Source: an uncultured beta proteobacterium
GTDB taxonomy: Bacteria > Pseudomonadota > Gammaproteobacteria > Burkholderiales > SHXO01
Direction of reading: 5' to 3'
NCBI GenBank assembly: GCA_963705615.1
Contig: CAVPKE010000005.1
Span: 44,839 to 108,838 of the forward strand
Length of the DNA: 64,000 nt
Positions 1 through 9,408 of the stretch are shown here, piece after piece. The translations under genes were made by a program, and so were the position numbers. Under the pieces are notes generated by a model. It did no database searches. It worked only from the letters and a program-made list of their open reading frames with translations, and was not told the origin of the DNA. How positions within the stretch are numbered: the stretch's first letter is position 1; every line of letters starts with the position of its first letter.

Positions 1-429
1 CATGGCTGCGAGCACACCATCATCTACACCAAGGAGAACTTCGCCGAGCGCGTGACGCAAATCACCGGCGGCAAGAAACTACCCGTGGTGTACGACTCGG
101 TCGGGAAGGACACCTTCATGGGCTCGCTCGACTGCCTGCAGGCGAGGGGCATGCTGGTGGTGTTCGGCAACGGCTCGGGTCCGGTCGCGGCTTTCGACTT
201 GAATTTGTTGGCTGCCAAGGGCTCCCTGTACGTGACGCGCCCGACACTCGTGACCTACACTGCCAAGCGCGAGGACCTCGAGGCCATGGCCGCCGAGCTG
301 TTCGACGTGGTCAAGTCAGGGAAGGTGAAGATCGAGGTCAATCAGACCTATGCGCTGAAAGACGCCGCGCAAGCGCACCGCGATCTCGAGGGACGCAAGA
401 CGACCGGGTCGACGGTTCTATTGCCATGA
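1..429 (+). CDS. qor: NADPH:quinone oxidoreductase (zeta-crystallin/MDR family), 5'-truncated by the window edge
   Basis: VVYDSVGKDTF..SLDCL..RG..V.FGN.SG, KGSLYVTRPTL and the C-terminal RKTTGSTVLLP are typical of Qor. Confidence 0.9.
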   Translation, partial: HGCEHTIIYTKENFAERVTQITGGKKLPVVYDSVGKDTFMGSLDCLQARGMLVVFGNGSGPVAAFDLNLLAAKGSLYVTRPTLVTYTAKREDLEAMAAELFDVVKSGKVKIEVNQTYALKDAAQAHRDLEGRKTTGSTVLLP

Positions 430-520
430 GCAACGCGATGGGCTGATCTTCGCGCTCGCGGCCGCACTGCCCGGTGCGGCGCATCGCGCCGGAACCAAAA
501 AAAAGCGGGAGGAGATTCGG

Positions 521-1276
521 GTGTTTTCTCTGTCAGGCAAAGTTGCGCTCGTCACCGGCGCGTCGCGCGGTCTGGGCTGGGCCATGGCCAAGTCGTTGGC
601 CCAGGCCGGTGCCACGGTCCTCATCAACGGGCGCGACGCGGCGACGCTCAAGCCGCGCGTCGAGGAATTGACCAAGGCAGGGCTGAAGGGCGAGGCAGCC
701 GCGTTCGATGTCACGGATGAGCAGGCGTGCGCAGCGTGCATACAGGGTGCAGTGAAGCGATATGGCCGCTTCGACATCCTGGTCGCCAACGCCGGGATCC
801 AGCATCGCAAACCGATCACCGAATTCGAGACCAGCGACTTCCGGCGCGTGATCGACACTAACCTGACCGCTGTGTGGGCCCTGGCGCGGGAGGCGGCGCG
901 CGTGATGATCCCGCGTAAGGCCGGCCGCATCATCATGACCGGCTCCGCCGCCGCCTTCCTGGCGCGCCCCACGATCTCCGCTTATGTCGCCAGCAAGGGC
1001 GCGGTGCACGCGCTCACGCGCGAGCTGGCGGTGGAGCTGGCGCCGCACAATATCACCGTGAACGCCATCGCGCCGGGCTACTTCGCCACCGAGATGAACA
1101 CGGCGCTGATCCAGAACAAGGAATTCAACGACTGGGTGTGCAAGCGCACGCCGGCGGGACGCTGGGGCGCTCTGGAGGAGATCGGACCGGTAGCGGTGTT
1201 CCTGGCCTCGGACGAGGCGTCCTACGTGAACGGCCATGTGATAGCGGTGGACGGGGCGTTCACCGCATCGATGTAA
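521..1276 (+). CDS. SDR oxidoreductase, gluconate 5-dehydrogenase/KduD-like
   Basis: TGASRGLG, NAGIQHR, YVASKG (YxxxK), NAIAPGYFATEMN, RTPAGRWG. Confidence 0.85.
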   Translation: MFSLSGKVALVTGASRGLGWAMAKSLAQAGATVLINGRDAATLKPRVEELTKAGLKGEAAAFDVTDEQACAACIQGAVKRYGRFDILVANAGIQHRKPITEFETSDFRRVIDTNLTAVWALAREAARVMIPRKAGRIIMTGSAAAFLARPTISAYVASKGAVHALTRELAVELAPHNITVNAIAPGYFATEMNTALIQNKEFNDWVCKRTPAGRWGALEEIGPVAVFLASDEASYVNGHVIAVDGAFTASM

Positions 1277-1376
1277 AGCGCAGCCCGGGCGAGAAGAACG
1301 AAGAGCAGAGAGCCGCGCAACCGGGCTGAAACCCGGGTACAGCGCGAGTGATCGCAACGACAGGAGGAGGAGCGAC

Positions 1377-2405
1377 ATGGCGCAGGACAAATTCCGCGTC
1401 GGCATTACGCGCGACGTGCTGAGCCCGAGCGGCGAACCGGTATACGGCCGCGCGGCGTTGAAGATCTTCGATGACCCGCGGGTCGAGTGGGAATATCTGC
1501 CGGAGTCGGTTCCCGAGCTGACGCCGGAGCACGCCAGCCGCTACGACGCACTGTGCGTGTACGGCTCGCGCGTGAGCCGCAGGACGGTGTCGGGCCCGGA
1601 TCGCCGGCTCAAGCTGGTGGCGCGCTTCGGAGTGGGCTACGACACGGTAGACGTGGCCGCCTGCAGCGAGCAGGGCATCCTTCTTACCATCACGCCAGAC
1701 GGAGTACGCCGGCCGGTGGCGAGCAGCGTCATGGCCTTCATGCTGGCGATGGCCCATCGCCTGGCGGATAAGGACCGGCTGACGCGCAAGGGGCGCTGGA
1801 AGGACAAGGGCGACTACCTGGGCTACGGCCTCACCGGCAAGGTGCTCGGCGTGATCGGAGTGGGCAACATCGGCAAGGAGGTGTTCCGCCTGGCCAAGCC
1901 CTGGGACATGGTCCACCTGGGTTGCGACCCGAACGTTCCACAGCAGGCGGTAGCCGAGCTGGGCGTGAAGATGGTGGATCTGGATACGCTGCTGCGCGAG
2001 TCCGATGTCATCTCGGTCAACTGTCTGCTGAATGATCAGACGCGGCACCTCATCGGCGCACGCCAGTTCAGCTTGATGAAGCCGAGCGTATTTTTCATCA
2101 ATACCGCACGGGGACCGGTGGTCGACGAGCCAGCGCTGATCGAGGCGCTCGCGTCCAAGCGCATCGCGGCCGCCGCCATAGACGTGTTCGAGCAGGAGCC
2201 CACGCCGGCGGACAACCCGCTGCTCGGTTTCGACAACGTGATCGTCGCGCCGCACGCGGTGTGTCACACCGACGAGTGCATGCGGCTGCTCGGCGAAAGC
2301 GCCTTCACCTCCGCGGTCGACCTCGCCAACGGGCGCCGTCCGCGCCACGTCGTGAACAGCGAAGCGCTCGGCCATCCGTCCTGGGGCGGCAAGTGGCACA
2401 AATAG
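1377..2405 (+). CDS. D-isomer-specific 2-hydroxyacid dehydrogenase, copy 1
   Basis: RFGVGYDTVD, GVGNIG, INTARGPVVDE, DVFEQEP, catalytic His in APH; GGAGGAG RBS. Confidence 0.88.
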   Translation: MAQDKFRVGITRDVLSPSGEPVYGRAALKIFDDPRVEWEYLPESVPELTPEHASRYDALCVYGSRVSRRTVSGPDRRLKLVARFGVGYDTVDVAACSEQGILLTITPDGVRRPVASSVMAFMLAMAHRLADKDRLTRKGRWKDKGDYLGYGLTGKVLGVIGVGNIGKEVFRLAKPWDMVHLGCDPNVPQQAVAELGVKMVDLDTLLRESDVISVNCLLNDQTRHLIGARQFSLMKPSVFFINTARGPVVDEPALIEALASKRIAAAAIDVFEQEPTPADNPLLGFDNVIVAPHAVCHTDECMRLLGESAFTSAVDLANGRRPRHVVNSEALGHPSWGGKWHK

Positions 2406-2421
2406 GGTAGCGGACACGCCG

Positions 2422-3225
2422 ATGCGGCAAAACCCGATCAAGCAGAAGCTGCTCGCCGGCGAGCCGGTGTTCGGCGCGTTCGGATGGGAGTTCCTGGTCC
2501 CAGGTCTGCCGCAGATCGTGAAGTCGGCGGGTGCAGAGTTTTTGCTGCTGGACATGGAGCACGCCGGCACGAATTACGACCAGATCAAGACCCAGGCGGC
2601 GTTGTGCCGCGGCATCGATGTCGTGCCGATGGCGCGGGTGCCCACCAATCAGTACCAGTACATCTCGCGTGCGCTGGACGTGGGCTGCATGGGGATCATG
2701 GCGCCCATGGTCGGTTCGGCGGAGGAGGCGGCCTTCATCGTCTCCTGCACGCGCTATCCGCCGCATGGACGGCGTGGCGCGGCCTTCGGATTCGCGCACG
2801 ACGACTACGAGGGCGGCGACGTGGCGGAAAAGATTCGCGTCGCTAACGATCGCACCCTGATCATGTGCCTCATCGAGACCGCCGACGGCATCCGGAACAT
2901 CGACCAGATCGCTGCCGTTCCGGGCGTCGACGTGCTGTGGCTGGGCCACTTCGACCTTACGAACTTTCTGGGCATTCCCGCGCAGTTCGATCACCCCAAG
3001 TACGTCCAGGCGATCGAGAAGCTGGTAGCGGCCGCAAGCAAGCACAACAAGATCCTCGCGTGCATGACCGCCAACGACGCTTGGAGCCGGGAGTACTGGG
3101 CCAAGGGTTTCCGGCTCTTTGCCATGGGCATCGACGCGCACCTGCTGCAGGGCGCGCTGAAGCAAGGTCTTCAGGCGCTCCACGCCCTGAAGGGCGCTAC
3201 GCCCGTCAAGAGGAAGCGGGGGTGA
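2422..3225 (+). CDS. HpcH/HpaI-family class II aldolase, copy 1
   Basis: LLDMEH, ARVP, ALDVG, RYPP.GRRG, IET, VPGVD.L.LG..DL. Confidence 0.88.
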   Translation: MRQNPIKQKLLAGEPVFGAFGWEFLVPGLPQIVKSAGAEFLLLDMEHAGTNYDQIKTQAALCRGIDVVPMARVPTNQYQYISRALDVGCMGIMAPMVGSAEEAAFIVSCTRYPPHGRRGAAFGFAHDDYEGGDVAEKIRVANDRTLIMCLIETADGIRNIDQIAAVPGVDVLWLGHFDLTNFLGIPAQFDHPKYVQAIEKLVAAASKHNKILACMTANDAWSREYWAKGFRLFAMGIDAHLLQGALKQGLQALHALKGATPVKRKRG

Positions 3226-3300
3226 GGCGGGATGTGACTGCCGTGGCTGCACGCCTGCTGCTCAGCGGGCTACGGCAGCGTTACGAAACACGGAGCATGC

Positions 3301-4317
3301 ATGACGGAAAAGTTCCGAATCGGGATCACCCGCGACAACCTGAAGCCTGACGGCAGCCCCCTGTTCGACAAGTCGTCGCTCGCGCTCCTCGACGACCCGC
3401 GCATCGAGTGGGAGTTTCTGCCGCAGCTGGAAGCGGAGCTGTCGCCCGAAACCGCGGCCAAGTACGATGCCCTGGCCGTGATGCTGGCTAAGGTCACTCG
3501 CCGCACGGTGTCCGGTCCGGATCGGCGACTGAAACTGGTCGCGCGCTTCGGCGTGGGTTACGACACCGTGGACGTGCCCGCGCTCACCGACAACGGCGTC
3601 ATCCTCACCATCACACCCGACGGCGTGCGCCGCCCGGTGGCCAGCTCCGCGCTCGCTTTCATTCTCATGCTGGCGCACCGCGTCGTGATCAAGGATCGGC
3701 TGGTGCGAGAGGGCCGCTGGGCCGAGCGGGTCAACCACATGGGCACCGGGTTGTCGGGTCGCGTGCTAGGCTCCATCGGCGTGGGCAATATCGGCTCGGA
3801 GCTGTTCCGTCTGGCCATGCCCTTCGCCATGCGGCACCTGGGCTGCGACCCGTATGTGACGCAGCAGTCCGTGGCGCCTCTGGGCGTGAAGCTGGTGAAT
3901 CTGGACACGCTGTTGCGCGAATCGGATTTCGTGTGCGTGAACGTCCCGTTGAACGAGGAAACGCGGCACATGATCGGCGGGCACCAGTTCTCGTTGATGA
4001 AGCCGACCGCGTTTTTCGTCAATACAGCGCGCGGACCGATCGTGGACGAGAAGGCGCTGTACCAGGCGTTGTCGAAGAGAACGATCGCTGGCGCTGCCAT
4101 CGACGTGTTCGAGCAGGAGCCCACGCCGGTCGACAACCCGTTGCTCAAGCTCGACAACCTCATCGTCACGCCACACCATGTCTGTTTAACCGACGAGTGC
4201 ATCAACACCGTCGCCGCCAGCGTGTTCAGCGCGTGCCGCGACCTGGCCCACGGGCGCGTCCCCAGGAACGTCGTGAATCAGCAGGTGCTGGGACGCGTGC
4301 CTTATTTCCATCACTGA
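3301..4317 (+). CDS. D-isomer-specific 2-hydroxyacid dehydrogenase, copy 2
   Basis: Same motifs as 1377..2405, with long identical peptides such as RRTVSGPDRRLKLVARFGVGYDTVDV. Confidence 0.88.
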   Translation: MTEKFRIGITRDNLKPDGSPLFDKSSLALLDDPRIEWEFLPQLEAELSPETAAKYDALAVMLAKVTRRTVSGPDRRLKLVARFGVGYDTVDVPALTDNGVILTITPDGVRRPVASSALAFILMLAHRVVIKDRLVREGRWAERVNHMGTGLSGRVLGSIGVGNIGSELFRLAMPFAMRHLGCDPYVTQQSVAPLGVKLVNLDTLLRESDFVCVNVPLNEETRHMIGGHQFSLMKPTAFFVNTARGPIVDEKALYQALSKRTIAGAAIDVFEQEPTPVDNPLLKLDNLIVTPHHVCLTDECINTVAASVFSACRDLAHGRVPRNVVNQQVLGRVPYFHH

Positions 4318-4321
4318 AAGC

Positions 4322-4367
4322 AAGTGAAGGAAGTGAGGAAGTGAAGGAGGTGAGGGAGGGGAGGGAG
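4322..4367 (+). repeat. Purine-rich degenerate tandem repeat, AAGTGA(A)GG-like units
   Basis: aagtgaagg aagtgagg aagtgaagg aggtgaggg aggg gaggg directly after a stop codon. Confidence 0.6.
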
Positions 4368-4415
4368 CCAGGCCTTCGCGTTACTCACCGCTCACCAACT
4401 ACGGAGCCAGGACGC

Positions 4416-5183
4416 ATGCGAGACAATCCGCTAAAGACCAAGCTGCTGCGGGGCGAGAACAGCTTCGGTCTGTTCGCGTTCGAGTTCTTCACGCCCGGGC
4501 TGGCGCAGATCGCGCGCGAGGCGGGAGCCGAATTCGTGCTCCTCGATATGGAGCACTCGGGTGCTGGCATTGACACGATCAAGCAGCAGGTCGCCTACTG
4601 CCGCGGACTGGACGTCGTCCCTCTCGTGCGGGTGCCGACTTACCAGTACCAGTTCGTGGCGCGCGCGCTGGACGTTGGCGCGCTCGGCGTGATGCTCCCC
4701 ATGGTGGAGACCGTGGAGCAGGCGCGCGACATCGTGTCCTGGACTCGATATCCACCGGCAGGCCGACGCGGCGCGGTACTTGGTGCGGCCCATGACGACT
4801 ATACCGGCGGACCAGCGCGCGAGAAGTTGGAGCGGGCCAATCAGCGCTGTCTATTGATGCTGCAGATCGAGACCGAGGTGGGGCTCGAGAACGTGGAGGA
4901 GATCGCAGCAGTCCCCGGGGTCGACTGCCTGTGCATCGGGTTCATGGATCTGTCCAACTTCCTCGGCGTCCCGGGCGAGCTCAAGCACCCGACCTACCTC
5001 GCCGCCGTCGATCGCATCGTGCGGGCCGCGAAGAAGAACGGACGGGTGCTGGCGATTGCCGCGCCCACCGAGGCGTTCGCCAAGGAGTATCTGGCGCGCG
5101 GCTTCCAGCTGATCTTCTTCGGGACCGACGTCTCGTTGCTGCAGTCGGCGCTGTCCCAGCGCATTCAGGCCATGCGAAGCTAG
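4416..5183 (+). CDS. HpcH/HpaI-family aldolase, copy 2
   Basis: ATG at 4416 (MRDNPLKTKLL) matches the copy 1 start MRQNPIKQKLL; LLDMEH, RYPPAGRRG, QIET. Confidence 0.87.
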   Translation: MRDNPLKTKLLRGENSFGLFAFEFFTPGLAQIAREAGAEFVLLDMEHSGAGIDTIKQQVAYCRGLDVVPLVRVPTYQYQFVARALDVGALGVMLPMVETVEQARDIVSWTRYPPAGRRGAVLGAAHDDYTGGPAREKLERANQRCLLMLQIETEVGLENVEEIAAVPGVDCLCIGFMDLSNFLGVPGELKHPTYLAAVDRIVRAAKKNGRVLAIAAPTEAFAKEYLARGFQLIFFGTDVSLLQSALSQRIQAMRS

Positions 5184-5268
5184 CGCGGGGCCGACGCGAT
5201 GAGCTGCTAGGCGCGAGCGGAACAGCCCGGGAGCGGTTGGGTTAACAACGATCGGGAGGAGGGAAACG

Positions 5269-6312
5269 ATGGCGGCTCTGAGAAACGCGACCCAGTATCG
5301 CGCGCCGGCAGGCGTAGTCCGGCTTTTGCGGTGTTGCCTGCTGGCCCTGTTGCTTGCCTGGTTCGCGTGGGCCGCGCCCGCTGCTGCCGCCGACCAGCCC
5401 ATCACGCTGCACGGCGCGGTGCAGTTCGCCGACGAGCACACATTCAACAAGACTTTGCTCAGGTTCGAGGAGCTGACCCGCAAGTATTACGGCAAGCCTG
5501 TCAACTTTGTCCTTCATCGCAACAGCGAGCTGGGCCTGGAGAAGGACTACTTCGCCTACCTGAACCAGGGCATCTCGGTGGACTACGCCATCGTATCTCC
5601 GTCCCACATGTCCACCTTCGCCAAGTCGGCGCCGCTCATGGACATGCCCTTTCTGTTCCGCAACATCGATCAGTGGCGCAAGGTGCTCGACGCCGACATG
5701 CTCAAGCCGATCGCGGACGAAGTGGCGAAGAAGGCCGACGTTCTGATCCTCGGTTACGCCGGCGGTGGCACGCGCAACCTCATCGTCGACAAGCCGGTCC
5801 ACAACATGGCGGAGTTGAAGGGGCTGAAGCTGCGGGTGATGGGTGCGCCGATCCAGACGCAAACCTTTCAGGCCATCGGTGCGGCGCCCTCGGTGATCGC
5901 CTACGCCGAGATCTACAACGCTATCCAGACCGGCGTCATCGATGCGGCCGAGAACGAGGCGCTCGGCGTCGAGCAGATGAAGTTCTACGAGGTGGGGCCC
6001 TATATCGTCCAGACCCGGCACGCCATCACGGTCCGGCCGCTGTGCTTCAGCGGCAAGACCTTCCGGCGGTTGCCCCAGGATCTGCAGGCGGCCATCTTCA
6101 AGGCGGGCAAGGAGGCGGGAGAGTACGGACGTCAGCTCGAGTCGAGCGAGGACCGGCAGCGCCTGGAGAGGCTGGCGAAGGAAGGGAAGATCAAGCTGAT
6201 CGAGTTTACCGACCGCGAACAGCTGCTCAAGCTCACCGAGCCCGTCCGCCAGGCCTATGCCAAAGAGGTGGGCGCGGAGACCGTCTTCGTTCAAATCAAC
6301 GCCGTCAAGTAA
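5269..6312 (+). CDS. dctP: TRAP transporter substrate-binding protein
   Basis: Signal-like N-terminus, DMPFLF, LKGLKLRV, EIYNAIQTGVIDAAEN, MKFYEV. Confidence 0.9.
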   Translation: MAALRNATQYRAPAGVVRLLRCCLLALLLAWFAWAAPAAAADQPITLHGAVQFADEHTFNKTLLRFEELTRKYYGKPVNFVLHRNSELGLEKDYFAYLNQGISVDYAIVSPSHMSTFAKSAPLMDMPFLFRNIDQWRKVLDADMLKPIADEVAKKADVLILGYAGGGTRNLIVDKPVHNMAELKGLKLRVMGAPIQTQTFQAIGAAPSVIAYAEIYNAIQTGVIDAAENEALGVEQMKFYEVGPYIVQTRHAITVRPLCFSGKTFRRLPQDLQAAIFKAGKEAGEYGRQLESSEDRQRLERLAKEGKIKLIEFTDREQLLKLTEPVRQAYAKEVGAETVFVQINAVK

Positions 6313-6315
6313 CAG

Positions 6316-6807
6316 ATGAGAAGCGCCATAGACGCGGTCTACCGCACTCTGCAGGTGCTGGTGACCGTGCTGATGATGGCGCTGGTGGTACCGGTGGTGC
6401 TGCAGATCCTTTCGCGCTTCACCGAGCTCATCCCTCGCTACATCTGGACCGAGGAGGTGGCGCGCTTCTGCTTCATCTGGATCATCATGATCGGATCCAT
6501 GATCGCCGTGCGCGACGGTTCGCACTTCGATCTGGATGTCTTGCCCAAGCCCAGGACTGCGCGCGGGCAGGCGATCAGCCGGATCTTCGTCCACATCGCG
6601 ATGCTGCTGATGGCGCTCACCTTCATCGCCTTCGGCTATCGGTTCGCCCTGTTCGGTCTGGACCAGGAATCGGAGCTGACCGGGCTCAACATGCTCTTCA
6701 TCCATGCCGCCTGGCCGCTGGCGGGCGTGGCCTTCACTGTCTTCCTGTGCGAGAAGATCTGGGACGACGTCGCGCTGTTCCGCCAAGGCCGGCATGGGCG
6801 CGCTTGA
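6316..6807 (+). CDS. dctQ: TRAP transporter small permease
   Basis: Four TM segments, WTEEVARFCFIW, H..LD. Confidence 0.9.
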   Translation: MRSAIDAVYRTLQVLVTVLMMALVVPVVLQILSRFTELIPRYIWTEEVARFCFIWIIMIGSMIAVRDGSHFDLDVLPKPRTARGQAISRIFVHIAMLLMALTFIAFGYRFALFGLDQESELTGLNMLFIHAAWPLAGVAFTVFLCEKIWDDVALFRQGRHGRA

Positions 6808-8098
6808 AGTCGCGCTGCTTCTGTTCGGGGTATTCGGCGCACTGCTGATCCTGCGCGTGCCGGTCGCGTTCGCGCTGGGCCTGGCGTGCATCCCGGTGTT
6901 CTTCATCGACGAGCGGCTCACGCCCTTCCTGCTGCTCAACGAGATGCTGAAGTCCTACAACTCATTCATCCTGCTCGCCGTGCCTTTCTTCCTTCTCGCC
7001 GCGAACCTGATGAACTCGGCGGGCATCACCGACAAGCTCGTGGCGCTGGCGCGCACTATGGTCGGTCACCTGCCGGGAGGACTCGGGCACGTGAACGTGG
7101 TGGTGAGCATGCTATTTGCCGGTATCTCGGGCTCTAGCACCGCGGACGCGGCCGGTGTGGGCGGTGTGCTCATTCCTGCCATGAAGAAGCAGGGCTATGA
7201 CGCGCCGTTCACTGTTGCGCTGACCGCCTGTGCGTCTGTGATGGGGGTGATCATCCCGCCCAGCATCCTGATGATCGTCTGGGGCGGGGTCATCTCCGTA
7301 TCTATCGGTGGGTTGTTTCTGGCCGGTGTGGTCCCCGGCGTGCTGATCGGGCTGTCGTTGATGGCAGCCGTGCTGGTGTACGCCAAGCTTCGTAACTATC
7401 CAGTCTACGCTCGCGCGTCGTGGAAGCAGTTCTTACGCGCGTTGGGTAGCTCACTGCTGCCCTTGATGACACCGGTGATCATCGTGGGCGGGATCATCGG
7501 TGGCTTGTTCACTCCCACCGAGGCGTCGGTCGTCGCGGTGCTCTACGCGCTGTTGCTGGGGGTCTTTGTTTACCGGGCGCTCGCGTTTCGCCAGGTACCG
7601 CGCGTGTTCTACGAGTCGGCCCGCTTTGCCGCCATCTCCCTGTTCTGCATCGGCACCGCGTCGGCGTTTGGTTGGCTGCTGGCTTATTTCCACGTACCAC
7701 AGCTCTTCGTGGACGCGGTGTCCAAGTGGGGAGGCGGCGTCACCAGCGTAGGGCTCATCGTGGCGGGATCGTTTCTCGTCATCGGGTGCTTCATCGACGC
7801 CATCCCGGCCATCATCATCCTCGGCACCATACTCTCGCCGCTTGCGCACAGCGTGGGCATGCACCCCGTCCACTTCGCGATTATCGGCGTAATCTCCATC
7901 GCTTTCGGTCTGGTGACCCCGCCCTACGGGCTGTGCCTCCTCATTGCCTGCGCGCTGGGCAAGGTCACGATCCGCGAGGCGATCCGCGACGTCGCCATAC
8001 TATTGCTGCCGATGCTGGCTATCCTGCTATTCGTGATCTTGTTCCCTGACGTCGTGCTGGCGCTGCCGCGCTGGATCAAGCCGCAGTTCATGCGCTGA
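6794..8098 (+). CDS. dctM: TRAP transporter large permease
   Basis: ATG at 6794; LLAVPFF, FAGISGSSTAD, IIPPSI, FTPTEAS, GLVTPPYG. Confidence 0.92.
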   Translation: MGALEVALLLFGVFGALLILRVPVAFALGLACIPVFFIDERLTPFLLLNEMLKSYNSFILLAVPFFLLAANLMNSAGITDKLVALARTMVGHLPGGLGHVNVVVSMLFAGISGSSTADAAGVGGVLIPAMKKQGYDAPFTVALTACASVMGVIIPPSILMIVWGGVISVSIGGLFLAGVVPGVLIGLSLMAAVLVYAKLRNYPVYARASWKQFLRALGSSLLPLMTPVIIVGGIIGGLFTPTEASVVAVLYALLLGVFVYRALAFRQVPRVFYESARFAAISLFCIGTASAFGWLLAYFHVPQLFVDAVSKWGGGVTSVGLIVAGSFLVIGCFIDAIPAIIILGTILSPLAHSVGMHPVHFAIIGVISIAFGLVTPPYGLCLLIACALGKVTIREAIRDVAILLLPMLAILLFVILFPDVVLALPRWIKPQFMR

Positions 8099-8151
8099 GG
8101 GGAAAGAGACGATCGAGGCCCTGACGGGCCGAAGGGACCCGACTGCTCGGG

Positions 8152-8595
8152 CTACAGCCCAACCAATGCTGCGGAGCGATGTTCCGAGGGGAAGACCAGC
8201 TTGCCGGCGGATGCGGGCGTGACGGGACCGTGCCGCTGCAGCAGGGCGACGACGCGGTTTTGATCCTGCGCCGCATCGGTCTGCTGGCCGTTGCCGCCTG
8301 CGAAGCGCATTTCGACGCGATCGCCCGGCTCAACCCGGAGCGTAGCGGGCAGAAACGCGATCGCTGTGGTGCTGCCGTCGGCCAGGGGTTCTGGGAATTT
8401 CACATCGACCCAGGCGGTGCCGACCTTGTTGCGAGGGGCGGTCTCACGGTCGACATAGACACCCAGGTCCTGCTCGACGAAGACGCGCTCGATGACGCCC
8501 TCGTGGGTACTGCCGTTCAGCTCTTCGTTGCGCGCGTAGCCTTGCACGAGCGCGATGACGGCGGCTAAAGCAAAGATACCGATGAGGCTCCTCAT
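8152..8595 (-). CDS. Hypothetical exported protein, paralog of 8704..9144
   Basis: N-terminal hydrophobic signal, GGAG RBS, aligns by eye with the upstream neighbour. Confidence 0.7.
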   Translation of the reverse strand: MRSLIGIFALAAVIALVQGYARNEELNGSTHEGVIERVFVEQDLGVYVDRETAPRNKVGTAWVDVKFPEPLADGSTTAIAFLPATLRVEPGDRVEMRFAGGNGQQTDAAQDQNRVVALLQRHGPVTPASAGKLVFPSEHRSAALVGL

Positions 8596-8703
8596 GCTGC
8601 TGCTCCGAGCATCCGGTCTGGTCGAGATCGAGTCAGGTGGGGCGAGCTACCGCCGGGTTGGACACGACGGCTCGAAGCAAGTACCGATCCGGGTCAAGGT
8701 TGG

Positions 8704-9144
8704 TCAGAAATGGCGGCGCTCTGCTTCCGTTCCTGGAAGGGGTGACGCTGAGCTGGCGTCGCGTGCAAGTCGCGTGTTGCCCTTTGCCACCAGAGCGGTG
8801 ACCTGGTTGCGCTCGGGAACGGCGTCTGCCTCGAAGGCTCCAGGGTCCGCAAAGCGCACCTGCACCAGATCGCCGGTATCGACTCCCATCCCGGAGGGCA
8901 GTTGCGCGGTGACGAAGGTTCGTCCATCGGGCAGCGGACGCGGGAAGGTTACATAGACACAGAGCGCCTTGCCGGCGGCATCGCTGGCCAACTGTCGCTC
9001 TACGAATACTCCGTTGTACGCTTCGACGTAAACGCCCTGGACCCTCCCGGTGTGGAAGGTGCTGCCCAGTGGCGGCTGTGTGTAGCATCCCTGGGTCAGG
9101 GCCACGATCAATGCGGCTGCGGCGAGGGTGGGGACATTTCGCAT
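8704..9144 (-). CDS. Hypothetical lipoprotein, paralog of 8152..8595
   Basis: Signal peptide ending LTQGC (lipobox-like), AGGA RBS. Confidence 0.72.
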   Translation of the reverse strand: MRNVPTLAAAALIVALTQGCYTQPPLGSTFHTGRVQGVYVEAYNGVFVERQLASDAAGKALCVYVTFPRPLPDGRTFVTAQLPSGMGVDTGDLVQVRFADPGAFEADAVPERNQVTALVAKGNTRLARDASSASPLPGTEAERRHF

Positions 9145-9408
9145 TTCCTGTGGCTCCTGTCTGACCGGGTCCGAGCGGCCCCGGCGCGTGTGCGAAAGCT
9201 AACGGCGGCCACGCGAAGAACTTGAGCAGCCCGGCCTGCTGCGCCCCGATGGTGGCTTTTACCCGAGCGCAGCAAGCTACCGCGTCGCCTCGCGGAGTCG
9301 GACAGTCTGGCTGCGGCTACGCTGACTGGCATCGGAATGCCGCAGCGCTATCATGGCTGGCTGGTGCGCATGCGAACCTCGCATGGACACCTCCAAGAGG
9401 CGACTGCT

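Noticed and set aside
5242-6939. Long antisense or alternate-frame ORFs (this one, 1260-2570, 16601-17941, 52326-53807 and similar)
   Set aside because: Shadow ORFs typical of high-GC DNA that overlap well-supported genes and lack motifs
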